Shown in pieces: positions 24,855 through 33,592 of a stretch of 36,024 bases of DNA. Under the pieces are notes generated by a model. It was not told the origin of the DNA. It saw nothing but the letters and a program-made list of their open reading frames with translations, and ran no database searches. Positions within the stretch are counted from its first letter, which is position 1, and each line of letters opens with the position of its first letter. The position numbers were made by a program, and so were the translations under genes. Source of the stretch: an uncultured Bacilli bacterium (lineage in GTDB: Bacteria > Bacillota_I > Bacilli_A > RF39 > UBA660); contig CANQSC010000002.1 of NCBI GenBank assembly GCA_947626445.1, positions 1-36,024 on the forward strand. Direction: 5' to 3'.

Positions 24855-25721
24855 TTAGCAAAATTTTTGCAAAAATTCTTTTGATGCAGGCGATAAGTTT
24901 TCTTCTATGTATGCAATAGCTATATTTTTTTCTAAAGGAATATCTAGCATTTCTAAATCTGTTGTCTTTGCTAAACTCGTCGGCAATAATGCAACACCCA
25001 ATCCTCTTTTTGCATAATCTAAAGCAGATTCATAACTTGCTGTTTCAATGGATAAGGTTCTTTCTATATTATTTTTTGATAATAATTGTTCGAACAATTT
25101 TCTCTCTTTTTTTGCACTGATAGGAAGAATTAAAGGAATATCTTTAAGATCATTTATATTTTCAAGATTATATTTATTTTTTATATATACTAAACAATAT
25201 CTTTCTGTAAATAAATCAACCATCTTAATTCCACTTGATTTTGTATAATTATCTATTTTTTCATCTATAACAAAATCAACATTATAATGATATAACTTTT
25301 CAAATAAATCTTTAGTTGATAAATTTATAATTTTAAAAGCACCTTTAGGATAATCTTTTTTAAATGATTCTATTTTATCATTTAGCACACTAATCTCTAT
25401 ATCCTCTGCTACACCTATTGCTATCTTCCCACTATTTAAATCTTTATTTTGCTTGAATGTCTTTTCTGTAATAAATAGTAAATTATAAGCTTTTTCGTAA
25501 CCTTCAAATAATGTTTTACCATCTTCTGTTAATTCAATATAATTTTTAGAATTTTTATTAATTAGTTTTGTTCCCATCAAATTTTCTAAAGATTTAATAT
25601 GTCTTGATACATTAGTAGCATCAATATTCAACTTAGATGCAGCATCATTAAAATCTTTAGATTGACCAACTATAACAAAAGTTCTAATTAAATCCAAATT
25701 CATTGACGGAGTATGAAACAT
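24855..25721 (-). CDS. LysR-family transcriptional regulator, 288 aa
   Basis: N-terminal winged HTH MNLDLIRTFVIVGQSKDFNDAASKLNIDATNVSRHIKSLENLMGTKLI followed by a periplasmic-binding-like effector domain of the expected length. Confidence 0.85.
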   Translation of the reverse strand: MFHTPSMNLDLIRTFVIVGQSKDFNDAASKLNIDATNVSRHIKSLENLMGTKLINKNSKNYIELTEDGKTLFEGYEKAYNLLFITEKTFKQNKDLNSGKIAIGVAEDIEISVLNDKIESFKKDYPKGAFKIINLSTKDLFEKLYHYNVDFVIDEKIDNYTKSSGIKMVDLFTERYCLVYIKNKYNLENINDLKDIPLILPISAKKERKLFEQLLSKNNIERTLSIETASYESALDYAKRGLGVALLPTSLAKTTDLEMLDIPLEKNIAIAYIEENLSPASKEFLQKFC

Positions 25722-25747
25722 ACTAAATCCCCCTTTAATTGTTTCAT

Positions 25748-25795
25748 ATAATATATTAAATTAATTAAAATGTCAATACAAAAACTGCATTTGTT
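25748..25795 (-). promoter_or_regulatory. lysR promoter with upstream half-operator
   Basis: Minus strand reads AACAAATGCAG (25785-25795), 8 nt, TTGACA (25771-25776), 17 nt, then TATTAT (25748-25753). The spacing and flanks (AAATGCAGTTTnnGTnTTGACATTTT) match the 20817-20844 promoter. Confidence 0.55.
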
Positions 25796-25990
25796 AAACC
25801 TTTAAACCTTTAATCACCATACAATCTATTTAACTATTAATAATAAAAAGTTTAAAACTCACAACTATTTTTTAATAATTTTATACCATTCAATTTTGCT
25901 TATAAATTTCAAGAACATATTTTAAGCTAAATTTTGTCATATATTATTCATTTTATTCAACGCCTTACATTAGAAATTATTTAAAATTTA

Positions 25991-26527
25991 TTACACAATA
26001 TTGCAATTTGTACCATCAATATTACATTTTATTGTTTGCTGTCCTTTATTACTATTATCATGATATACAACCAACAAAGTCATATTAGTATCATTTATAT
26101 CAATTATCTCTTTAACTTCAATTTCTTGTGATAAATTTAAATCCCAATTATTAATTTTAAAGTCTTGTGAATCTAAATCAATAAAACCTTTTTTTCTACA
26201 ACCAATAATATAAAGACGATTTTTATAATACTTCATTATCCTTTTAGCTTTATTATAATTACACATTTCAAATAATTGAAGCAATTCATATTGATTTTTT
26301 TCATGTTCTAAAAGTAAAGCACTACTAAATCCATCTATTTTATTGTACTCTGTAAAATCTGCAATAACAAATTTGGCATCTTTCCAACGATATTCTACTG
26401 TTTCAATATTTTCAATATTATAGTATTCTTTGTATTCCTTGTTTTTATCTTTTCTAAATATAATTAATACAAAGCAAACAATTCCAACAGCAATGCTTGT
26501 CATAATTATCATTACATTTTTTTTCAA
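25991..26527 (-). CDS. membrane-anchored hypothetical protein, 178 aa
   Basis: N-terminal TM segment MIIMTSIAVGIVCFVLIIF. TTG start lies 8 nt after AAGGAGG. No motif recognised. Confidence 0.55.
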   Translation of the reverse strand: MKKNVMIIMTSIAVGIVCFVLIIFRKDKNKEYKEYYNIENIETVEYRWKDAKFVIADFTEYNKIDGFSSALLLEHEKNQYELLQLFEMCNYNKAKRIMKYYKNRLYIIGCRKKGFIDLDSQDFKINNWDLNLSQEIEVKEIIDINDTNMTLLVVYHDNSNKGQQTIKCNIDGTNCNIV

Positions 26528-26611
26528 CTAATTTTCCTCCTTGAATACATATTTTAATATATATTAAATATTTATTCAATTGAAATGTATATAGATATGT
26601 ATGTGTATAAT

Positions 26612-28843
26612 TTAATATAATGCCCTAGAAGATCCAAGTGTACCAAGTTCAATTCCAACACTTACAAAAGCATTGAAATCTTCCCAAGCATTAGTTTCAT
26701 CATTCCAAATTTGGTCAAAATACATACACCAAGGTCTTGTTGAGCCATATTTATCTACATCAAAAATTGCTTTTAATTTATCACCCTTTTTCAAAGTTCC
26801 ACCATATATTGACCCTTTAAAAAAAGGAACAGGTTTATTAACTTCAAAAATAACGTCACTACCCCAAGAGTGCAAAATCAAATTATTATTATCTGGATTA
26901 TAAGTTACACTAAAATAATTCTCTTGATATGGAATTTCTGTATCAGTATTATCAGAATTATAATTATTTTCAGTTATATATCCACTCTTAACTTCATTAC
27001 CATTATTAAATAATACTTTGTGAATATGATCCTTTTCAAAATTAGAAGTCGCAAATCTAACATAAAATTCATTAGGATTAATAATTCCGATTTCTTTTCC
27101 ATCTACCTCATACAAATCATATGCATAAGGCAAATCAATTTCTTTAAATTTTTTTGATTCATATACTGATATACTAGATCCACTCATATTAACTAAAATT
27201 TTTCCACCATAATCAAACACATCTTCACCTATCTTTTTGTCAGAAAATTCTTCAATCATTCCTAGGTTTCTTCCAGAAAAACCATTTTTATCTACTTCAA
27301 TACTTGAAGAATTACTTTTATTATAAATAATTGTATTATCAAATTGATCAAAAGCCCAATTTTCAGGAATAGGAAAACCTAGATTTCCACTATATCCAGT
27401 TGACATATCACTTACAAAACTACTACATGAGTATCCAGCATTGCAAACTCTAGTACAAGTATTTCTTGTTGCATATATTCCTACTCTATATTTATTACCA
27501 CATCTTGTCATAAATTGAGTATACAATTCTTTAAAATATGGAATTATATAGTCTGAAACTTGGTAATCTAATACATCACAATCTACTGCAAAATAAATAA
27601 TTGTTCCAAATTGTAAATTGAGTTCTACAGCTTTATCATACGCTTCATTAGCATCATTAATAGCATTTTCAATAGTAAAATATTCTATATACGTTCCGTC
27701 CTCTTGATATATTGGAAAAATCCTTATGTTATTTTTATTTAATAGCTTTATTTCATCATGGGATAATGCTTTGCTTATTTTTTCTTCGCCAAACCATAAA
27801 TATCCAGACAAATACCTACCAATATAATCTATATTATTATCTTTTAAAACTGATATATTATTATCTGATATAATAGTCGCACTATCAATTGCTATAAAAT
27901 CTCTATTAATATCTCCGCAACTAATAAATAATGCTAACCATGTTGTTAAATTACAAATTCCATTAATAGGAATCGAATAAATTTTCTGAAAATTTAATAT
28001 TAATGAAGAATCATATTCTGAAGAAAAATCTCCTAAACCTACATTATTTAAATAAAGCCCCATTTTCATTAATATTATAAATTTTTCAATATCAGAATTT
28101 GTATATTTATTTTCATAATAATCTTTTGCAATATTATCATATGGAATATTAGGGCAACATCTTTTGGTAGTTTCACCAAAATTACCATTTGCCACATCAA
28201 ATGGTAATTTTTCTTCTGCTTGTATAGCATATATTAATGCTATATTTGTACTTCTTTGATATATGCCATCACATGGAATAAGGCCAATATAATCTTCATA
28301 ATTTCTATTTAAATATCTTTGTATCTCCTGTATTCTTTTAGTTCTATCTGAATCATCATATGAATAAAAGTAATCCATAGATAATAATGCTTTCATAATA
28401 TTCAAAGTAATTGTTGAACTATTATCATTTAATCCTGCATCCTTTTTTAATTCACGAATTGCATTACCAGTACCATTATAAAAATGCAAAGTTAAATTGT
28501 TCAATCCAGTTGAATATCCTTTACAAAACAAACATCCTTGTATTATACCATAAATATTATTCTCAGAAATATCATCATCTTCTTGCTGATGAATTCCATT
28601 TGGAAATCTTAATTCAAACATTTTACTAGTTGTCGAACCAAAATTATCTGCTGTTTCTTTAATTCCTAATTCAATTTGAAATGCTCTAGTTAATGCATAA
28701 ATAGTATCCCAACCAGTTTTTCCATTTTCCTCAATAATTTCATATCTTGGATCTGCACCATATGTTTCATTTAACCATTGTTGAACATTTAAAACTAACG
28801 GATCTCCTAAATTTTCAACATTTTTAGAATTTTTTCTAACCAT
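26612..28843 (-). CDS. two PG-binding-like repeats, a DUF1906 (Rv2525c-like glycoside-hydrolase-like) domain and an unknown C-terminal domain; no signal peptide; 743 aa
   Basis: Repeats VQQWLNETYG...GKTGWDTIYALTRAFQIELGI and IQRYLNRNYEDY...DGIYQRSTNIALIYAIQ. The DUF1906 pattern is GRYLSGY...LSHDEIKLLNKNNIRIFPIYQE...IIYFAVDCD...YRVGIYATRN. Start reset to ATG 28843, 10 nt after AAGGAG. Confidence 0.65.
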   Translation of the reverse strand: MVRKNSKNVENLGDPLVLNVQQWLNETYGADPRYEIIEENGKTGWDTIYALTRAFQIELGIKETADNFGSTTSKMFELRFPNGIHQQEDDDISENNIYGIIQGCLFCKGYSTGLNNLTLHFYNGTGNAIRELKKDAGLNDNSSTITLNIMKALLSMDYFYSYDDSDRTKRIQEIQRYLNRNYEDYIGLIPCDGIYQRSTNIALIYAIQAEEKLPFDVANGNFGETTKRCCPNIPYDNIAKDYYENKYTNSDIEKFIILMKMGLYLNNVGLGDFSSEYDSSLILNFQKIYSIPINGICNLTTWLALFISCGDINRDFIAIDSATIISDNNISVLKDNNIDYIGRYLSGYLWFGEEKISKALSHDEIKLLNKNNIRIFPIYQEDGTYIEYFTIENAINDANEAYDKAVELNLQFGTIIYFAVDCDVLDYQVSDYIIPYFKELYTQFMTRCGNKYRVGIYATRNTCTRVCNAGYSCSSFVSDMSTGYSGNLGFPIPENWAFDQFDNTIIYNKSNSSSIEVDKNGFSGRNLGMIEEFSDKKIGEDVFDYGGKILVNMSGSSISVYESKKFKEIDLPYAYDLYEVDGKEIGIINPNEFYVRFATSNFEKDHIHKVLFNNGNEVKSGYITENNYNSDNTDTEIPYQENYFSVTYNPDNNNLILHSWGSDVIFEVNKPVPFFKGSIYGGTLKKGDKLKAIFDVDKYGSTRPWCMYFDQIWNDETNAWEDFNAFVSVGIELGTLGSSRALY

Positions 28844-28917
28844 AAAAATCACACTCCTTAAAATATGAATAGAAAAATAATAATTCTATATAATTATATA
28901 TATAATCATTTTAAAAC

Positions 28918-28969
28918 TACACTACTCAATAGGCGAATAATTCGTAAATATCGCCTATTGAGTAGTGTA
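28918..28969. repeat. 19-bp perfect inverted repeat with a 14-nt spacer
   Basis: TACACTACTCAATAGGCGA (28918-28936) and TCGCCTATTGAGTAGTGTA (28951-28969), in the divergent intergenic region between 28843 and 29052. Confidence 0.9.
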
Positions 28970-29051
28970 TTTAAATGCTAAAAACAATTATTATTAAATT
29001 GCAATTAACAACTTTGATATTTCATTATTGTTTGCTAGAAAGGAGGAAAAG

Positions 29052-29474
29052 ATGAAAAAGAAAATTTTAGTAATATCATTATTATTAGCTATGATATTAC
29101 CGTTTATTAAAGTTAGTGCTAAAACTATTAGTATATATGTCCCATATGGAAAACATTATACAACAGAAACTGAAAACTTTATAAATGGAACTAATAGTAT
29201 CTCAATATATGTTGATAATTTCATTAACGAAAATGGAACAAGCATTGGAAATATTTATGATTCATCGAAATTACGAGTACAATATATAGAAAATGCAAGT
29301 ACCTATTGTATCAAGTTAGGAGATACAAATATGTCAGTGTATATCAATCGTACTGTATCACATAACTGGGGATATATGTCAGCTGGCAATAGATTTTATA
29401 GTTTTTATGCTAATATTGATGGAAAGAGCTATTATGGTATCAAATCGAATTCAGTAACAATGTCACCAACGTAG
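29052..29474 (+). CDS. small secreted protein, paralog A of an unrecognised family, 140 aa
   Basis: AGGAGG lies 5 nt upstream of ATG 29052. Signal peptide MKKKILVISLLLAMILPFIKVSA-K. Conserved C-terminal block SHNWGYMSAGNRFYSFYANIDGKSYYG..SNSVTMSP is shared with the two paralogs. Confidence 0.8.
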   Translation: MKKKILVISLLLAMILPFIKVSAKTISIYVPYGKHYTTETENFINGTNSISIYVDNFINENGTSIGNIYDSSKLRVQYIENASTYCIKLGDTNMSVYINRTVSHNWGYMSAGNRFYSFYANIDGKSYYGIKSNSVTMSPT

Positions 29475-29560
29475 AATTTAAATAAAATACTATCATCTAA
29501 TAGGTAACTTAAAACTATAAGTACATAGATAGTATTGATATTAGAAAGGAGGTATTTAAT

Positions 29561-29995
29561 TTGAAAAAACTACTTAGATTAAGTTTATTACTCCTTGTTA
29601 TTTTACCAATAGTAAAAGCTAATGCTAGAGATGCATACGATTATTATACTTCTTTAAACATAGGATATAATAGTTTCTATGAAGCTCCGCAACATTTATA
29701 TAAATCTGGAACTAATAGTATTTATATTAATGTATGGCGTACAAACTTACAAAATGGTTCTAGCACTATTACCGAAATTGGAAGATTAGGAATGCGCTAT
29801 GTGGAGGATAGTGGTACATCTTGTATTATTATTGGTACTACATCAGTCTATACTAATCCAGGTAGATCTATTTCACATAGTTGGGGAAATTTAGCCGAAG
29901 GAAATAGATACTATGATTTCTACACTAATATTGATGGAAAAGCCTATAATGGAGTTACATCAAACAATGTAGTTTTAAGCCCTGTAATTAAATAA
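29561..29995 (+). CDS. small secreted protein, paralog B, 144 aa
   Basis: TTG start lies 8 nt after AGGAGG. Signal peptide MKKLLRLSLLLLVILPIVKANA. Shares GTNSIYINV, GMRYVED..TSC and SHSWGNLAEGNRYYDFYTNIDGKAYNG..SNNVVLSP with the paralogs. Confidence 0.75.
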   Translation: MKKLLRLSLLLLVILPIVKANARDAYDYYTSLNIGYNSFYEAPQHLYKSGTNSIYINVWRTNLQNGSSTITEIGRLGMRYVEDSGTSCIIIGTTSVYTNPGRSISHSWGNLAEGNRYYDFYTNIDGKAYNGVTSNNVVLSPVIK

Positions 29996-30019
29996 TTACA
30001 AAGGTTAAACATTTATAAA

Positions 30020-31790
30020 AGGGGCTGTCCGGAAATTAAGCAATTAATTTCTTGACAGTTTCTTTTTTTGGGGCTTTACATAAGGAAATTTTTCTTCTTT
30101 TAAATTTGAAGAAGTATTCCAATAATTATCTTTTAAATTACTACCATCCAAAGTAGAAAAATATTTTCTTATATTTGCTCCTAAACACATAAGCATAATT
30201 TCACAAGAAACTTTTTTTAATCCTCGTCTTCTGATTCTATCATAATTCATATTATTTTTTATTTGCCCAAATGCACCTTCTACTTGTATACTTCTATTTA
30301 TTCTTACTTCTATTCCCTTTGGACTTTGTAAATTTTTTCTTGCTTCTTCTTTTAATAATTCGTATTCTGGTATTAATTCATATAATCTATAATCATAAGT
30401 TTTATTCTTTAAATTTTTCTTGCAAATATATGAATAATTACAATTATTGCAACCAACAAATTTATAAAGTTTACTGTTTTTATATCTTGGATGCCTTATT
30501 CCTTCAAAAGATATTTCTTTGCCAATACAAGTATTTAAACACATTATTCCATCATCAAATGTATAAAAAAGTTGAGGTCTTTTCCCATCTGCTTCGCCAC
30601 TCCATGTATAATGTTTTACATAATTTTTTATATTGTGTTCTTTCATATATTTGTAATTTTCATACATTCCATATCCGGAGTCTGCACATTCATTTTTTGG
30701 ATGTTTGTTGTAATATTTATAATATAAATCATTCATTGGAATAAAGGTATAAAAATCATCTCTATTTTGAAAAACTCCATACATAGTTATTATTCCACTT
30801 GAAACCATTACTTGAATATTATATCCGGCATGAAAATCATGACCTGTTCTAGAATAATAATCTTCTTTCAATACCATGGCTGTTGCAGCTTTATCTGTTT
30901 TATAATACGAATTTCTATTTTCACCACATGTTGCTTCTTTTTCTTCATACTCAAGTAGTTTAATTAGATATTGATATGCTAATTTATAATTTTTTTGCTC
31001 TTTACTTAATCGTTTACCCTTACCAGTTGGAATAGAGTCAACATCTATATTTTCTCTTATAATATACTCTTTTAGTAATTCATTAAATTGAAAGGATTTA
31101 ATCAATTTTTTATCTTTTATTTCAATTCCTATTTGAAGTAATAACTCTCTAATTTTAATATCTAATTTTTTATGATAAGTTGTTGGTTTCCATACAAATT
31201 TATATTTATTAGCATTTGCTTCTATTTTAGTTCCATCATTATATTGAATATCTGTAATTACATTAAGTTCTTCTATAATTGTTTTTGTAATCATAGTAAA
31301 TATTTCATATTGATATGGTAATATATATTTATTAATAAAATCTCCAATAACTGTATGCTTTGGTAAATTATTTTCCATAATATAAATTACTCTTAAATCA
31401 AAAATAAATTTATCTTCAATATCTCTAAGAGTTGCTTTAAATCTCATAAAACAATATATAATTGCTGCGAATAAATTAAATGAATTATAACCATTTCTTC
31501 CTTTATAATTTTTATCTTTATACTTTACATTTGCAACAATTTTTCCAACACCTGAATTTTCTAATAATTGCATAAATTTATCAATTTTATCAAATTCCTC
31601 ACAACATTTTTGATTATATACTACAAAAAGTGTTCTTTTTATGCTAAAATATTTCATGTGATACAACTCCTTGAACAAGATTATTGTATCATATAATATC
31701 CCTAATTTCCTAATGATTTTGGGGATTTTTTAATTTTATAAAAAAAAGAAACTGTCAAGAAATTAATTACTTAATTTCCGGACAGCCCCT
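30020..31790 (-). mobile_element. IS1182-like insertion sequence, about 1.77 kb
   Basis: Terminal inverted repeats at 30020-30062 and 31748-31790 match at 42 of 43 positions (AGGGGCTGTCCGGAAATTAAG...). Complementarity continues through flanking A/T runs, so boundaries are good to about 4 nt. A single transposase ORF fills the element. Confidence 0.85.
30044..31657 (-). CDS. DDE transposase, IS1182/IS5-type C-terminus, 537 aa
   Basis: The C-terminal IQVEGAFGQIKNNMNYDRIRRRGLKKVSCEIMLMCLGANIRKY matches the E..FG.lK......R...RG..KV..E..l.....N..K signature. Start set at ATG 31657, 9 nt after AAGGAG. Confidence 0.8.
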   Translation of the reverse strand: MKYFSIKRTLFVVYNQKCCEEFDKIDKFMQLLENSGVGKIVANVKYKDKNYKGRNGYNSFNLFAAIIYCFMRFKATLRDIEDKFIFDLRVIYIMENNLPKHTVIGDFINKYILPYQYEIFTMITKTIIEELNVITDIQYNDGTKIEANANKYKFVWKPTTYHKKLDIKIRELLLQIGIEIKDKKLIKSFQFNELLKEYIIRENIDVDSIPTGKGKRLSKEQKNYKLAYQYLIKLLEYEEKEATCGENRNSYYKTDKAATAMVLKEDYYSRTGHDFHAGYNIQVMVSSGIITMYGVFQNRDDFYTFIPMNDLYYKYYNKHPKNECADSGYGMYENYKYMKEHNIKNYVKHYTWSGEADGKRPQLFYTFDDGIMCLNTCIGKEISFEGIRHPRYKNSKLYKFVGCNNCNYSYICKKNLKNKTYDYRLYELIPEYELLKEEARKNLQSPKGIEVRINRSIQVEGAFGQIKNNMNYDRIRRRGLKKVSCEIMLMCLGANIRKYFSTLDGSNLKDNYWNTSSNLKEEKFPYVKPQKKKLSRN

Positions 31791-31824
31791 TTTTAATACT
31801 TTATATTCAAATATACAAAAACAA

Positions 31825-32622
31825 TCAATTCTTTTTTTCATTTTCATAAGACATAACATAAAATATTTCATTATTTTCATAATAACATGACACTCTTAAA
31901 TTTCGATATTGAATCGCTTTTATTAAAGATGGTTGTGTAGAATCTGAAAGTAAAAATATTGAATCTTCAAAAGTGCTATTTTCTAGTTCAAAAATATTAT
32001 ATATAACATCTGACGGCAAATTATATTTTGCTAAAAATTCAAACAATTCAAATTTTTTATTATTCTTATCAATAATTTTTATATATTTTAAATTTTCATT
32101 ATAAATTTTCACACCATTTTTATCAGTATAATAAAGAGTTCTATTTTTATCAACATCTATTTCATAATCAGTTGCTTTAAATTCTATATTTTCATATGGT
32201 TCTTTTTCAACATTCATTTTAGTCATAAATTCATCAATGCCTAATTCTAAAGAATATAATGAATATTTAACATTATTCATTCTTAAAATATTTCCATCTA
32301 TTTCAAAGCTTTTTTGCTTATTTTGAAATTTTTTTACAGCCAAATTATATATATTATCATCAATTACTCCAATACTACTTATTAAAATAAATATATCATT
32401 AGGATTTTTTCCCCTCAAATAATACATATTATTATTATCAGAAAATAAATAGTACAATTGAGTATCGTTAATATAATCATTATTATTAATAATTCTAAAA
32501 TTTAGCGTATTATTATTATTATTATTATTTTCTTTTAAAAGAAGAAAATAATATATTAAAACACCAATAATAATTAATCCTATAATTATAAATATTACTC
32601 TATATTTTTTTAAAACTTTCAA
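31825..32622 (-). CDS. membrane-anchored extracytoplasmic protein with poly-Asn tract, 265 aa
   Basis: N-terminal TM segment VIFIIIGLIIIGVLIYYFLLL followed by N7 encoded by (AAT)7. It is the last gene of the ABC operon and has a TTG start. Confidence 0.55.
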   Translation of the reverse strand: MKVLKKYRVIFIIIGLIIIGVLIYYFLLLKENNNNNNNTLNFRIINNNDYINDTQLYYLFSDNNNMYYLRGKNPNDIFILISSIGVIDDNIYNLAVKKFQNKQKSFEIDGNILRMNNVKYSLYSLELGIDEFMTKMNVEKEPYENIEFKATDYEIDVDKNRTLYYTDKNGVKIYNENLKYIKIIDKNNKKFELFEFLAKYNLPSDVIYNIFELENSTFEDSIFLLSDSTQPSLIKAIQYRNLRVSCYYENNEIFYVMSYENEKKN

Positions 32623-33590
32623 TTTATATTAAACTCCTTTCTTTTCAATAAAGCAAATACTATATAACCTATAATAAATATTAAAACTAAATATATAAAA
32701 CAAATTATAAAAATATTTTTAAATTCAATAACTAATAAGGCTTTATCAAAAAATATCTTTTTTAATATTTTTACTATTAACAATATTATAAAATTAAATA
32801 TACTACTTATAAATAAAAAAATAAAATTTTCAAATATTATAAGATTTAGTAATTGATTATTCTTATAACCTAATATATGTAATAAGTAAATATCTTTTTT
32901 TTGTTCATAAATCATTATTAAAATTGAAATACTAAAAATTATAGTCGCTAATAAAAATCCAAAAAATATTATAAAATTTATAATTTTATATAACTTAATA
33001 TAAGTATCTAATTCTAATTTATTAGAAGGATTATAGTATGCTGAAAAACCAAATTCATTCAATTCATTAATTATTTCATTAACATAATTATACGATTTTG
33101 CAATAAATTTTATATTAAAATTATTTAAATTATAAATTTGGTTTAAATGAAGTGCTAAAGATAAATTAAACGAAATTTTATTATCATTTACATAATATAT
33201 TTTCACATTTTCAGTATCTAAATTAATATTATTTGCTAATTCAAAAGGCACATATATTATATAATCTTCATTAATATTAATTAATGGTTCTATTTTATCA
33301 AAATCAATTATTTTATCATCAAAATTATTAAATAAATAATATTCAACAAATTGAATTTTACTCATATTTTTTATTTTTTTTATAAATGATTTAACATTTA
33401 AATCGTCTTTCAATTCTAAATTTATTATTCTATTTTCTTCTTGGTTAGTTATTTCACCTATTTGCATTTTTATATAACTATTAACAATTAATGTTAAATT
33501 ACACATCAAAATTATTAAAATATACAAATAAATGTATTTTTTTATACACTTTTTATTATTATAAAATGATTTAATATACTCTATATACAT
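32619..33590 (-). CDS. FtsX-like ABC transporter permease (MacB-type topology), 323 aa
   Basis: One N-terminal TM, an extracytoplasmic domain of about 170 aa, then three C-terminal TM helices. Confidence 0.6.
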   Translation of the reverse strand: MYIEYIKSFYNNKKCIKKYIYLYILIILMCNLTLIVNSYIKMQIGEITNQEENRIINLELKDDLNVKSFIKKIKNMSKIQFVEYYLFNNFDDKIIDFDKIEPLININEDYIIYVPFELANNINLDTENVKIYYVNDNKISFNLSLALHLNQIYNLNNFNIKFIAKSYNYVNEIINELNEFGFSAYYNPSNKLELDTYIKLYKIINFIIFFGFLLATIIFSISILIMIYEQKKDIYLLHILGYKNNQLLNLIIFENFIFLFISSIFNFIILLIVKILKKIFFDKALLVIEFKNIFIICFIYLVLIFIIGYIVFALLKRKEFNIN

Positions 33591-33592
33591 AA

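Noticed and set aside
25791-25812. Short direct repeat AAACCTTTA-AACCTTTA upstream of the lysR promoter.
   Set aside because: There are only two 8-9-nt units in AT-rich DNA, with no dyad symmetry and no recurrence elsewhere in the window. This is most likely chance.
433-30744. Sixteen short plus-strand ORFs in the track: 433-678, 1757-1945, 3082-3336, 3297-3479, 6391-6582, 8250-8453, 8608-8799, 12187-12384, 13175-13540, 14087-14317, 18752-18934, 21364-21573, 25048-25248, 26673-26903, 28411-28629 and 30271-30744.
   Set aside because: Almost all lie antisense inside longer minus-strand genes with recognisable domains; 3082-3336 and 3297-3479 run partly or wholly through the candidate oriT intergenic region instead. 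Their products are Ile/Leu/Phe/Tyr-rich low-complexity sequence, as expected from random frames in AT-rich DNA. None has a Shine-Dalgarno sequence.
2922-31678. N-terminal extensions given by the ORF track: 1190 for HU, 3311, 19907, 20666, 28852, 29028 and 31678.
   Set aside because: Each extension begins at a TTG, GTG or ATG start with no SD or a badly spaced one. An internal ATG 9-70 nt downstream has a well-spaced GGAGG-type SD, and for HU it also gives the canonical family N-terminus. Coordinates were trimmed accordingly.
30016-31794. Target-site duplication for the IS element.
   Set aside because: The flanks are AAAA on the left and TTTT on the right. These are complementary, so they extend the inverted repeat rather than forming direct repeats. 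No unambiguous duplication is visible.
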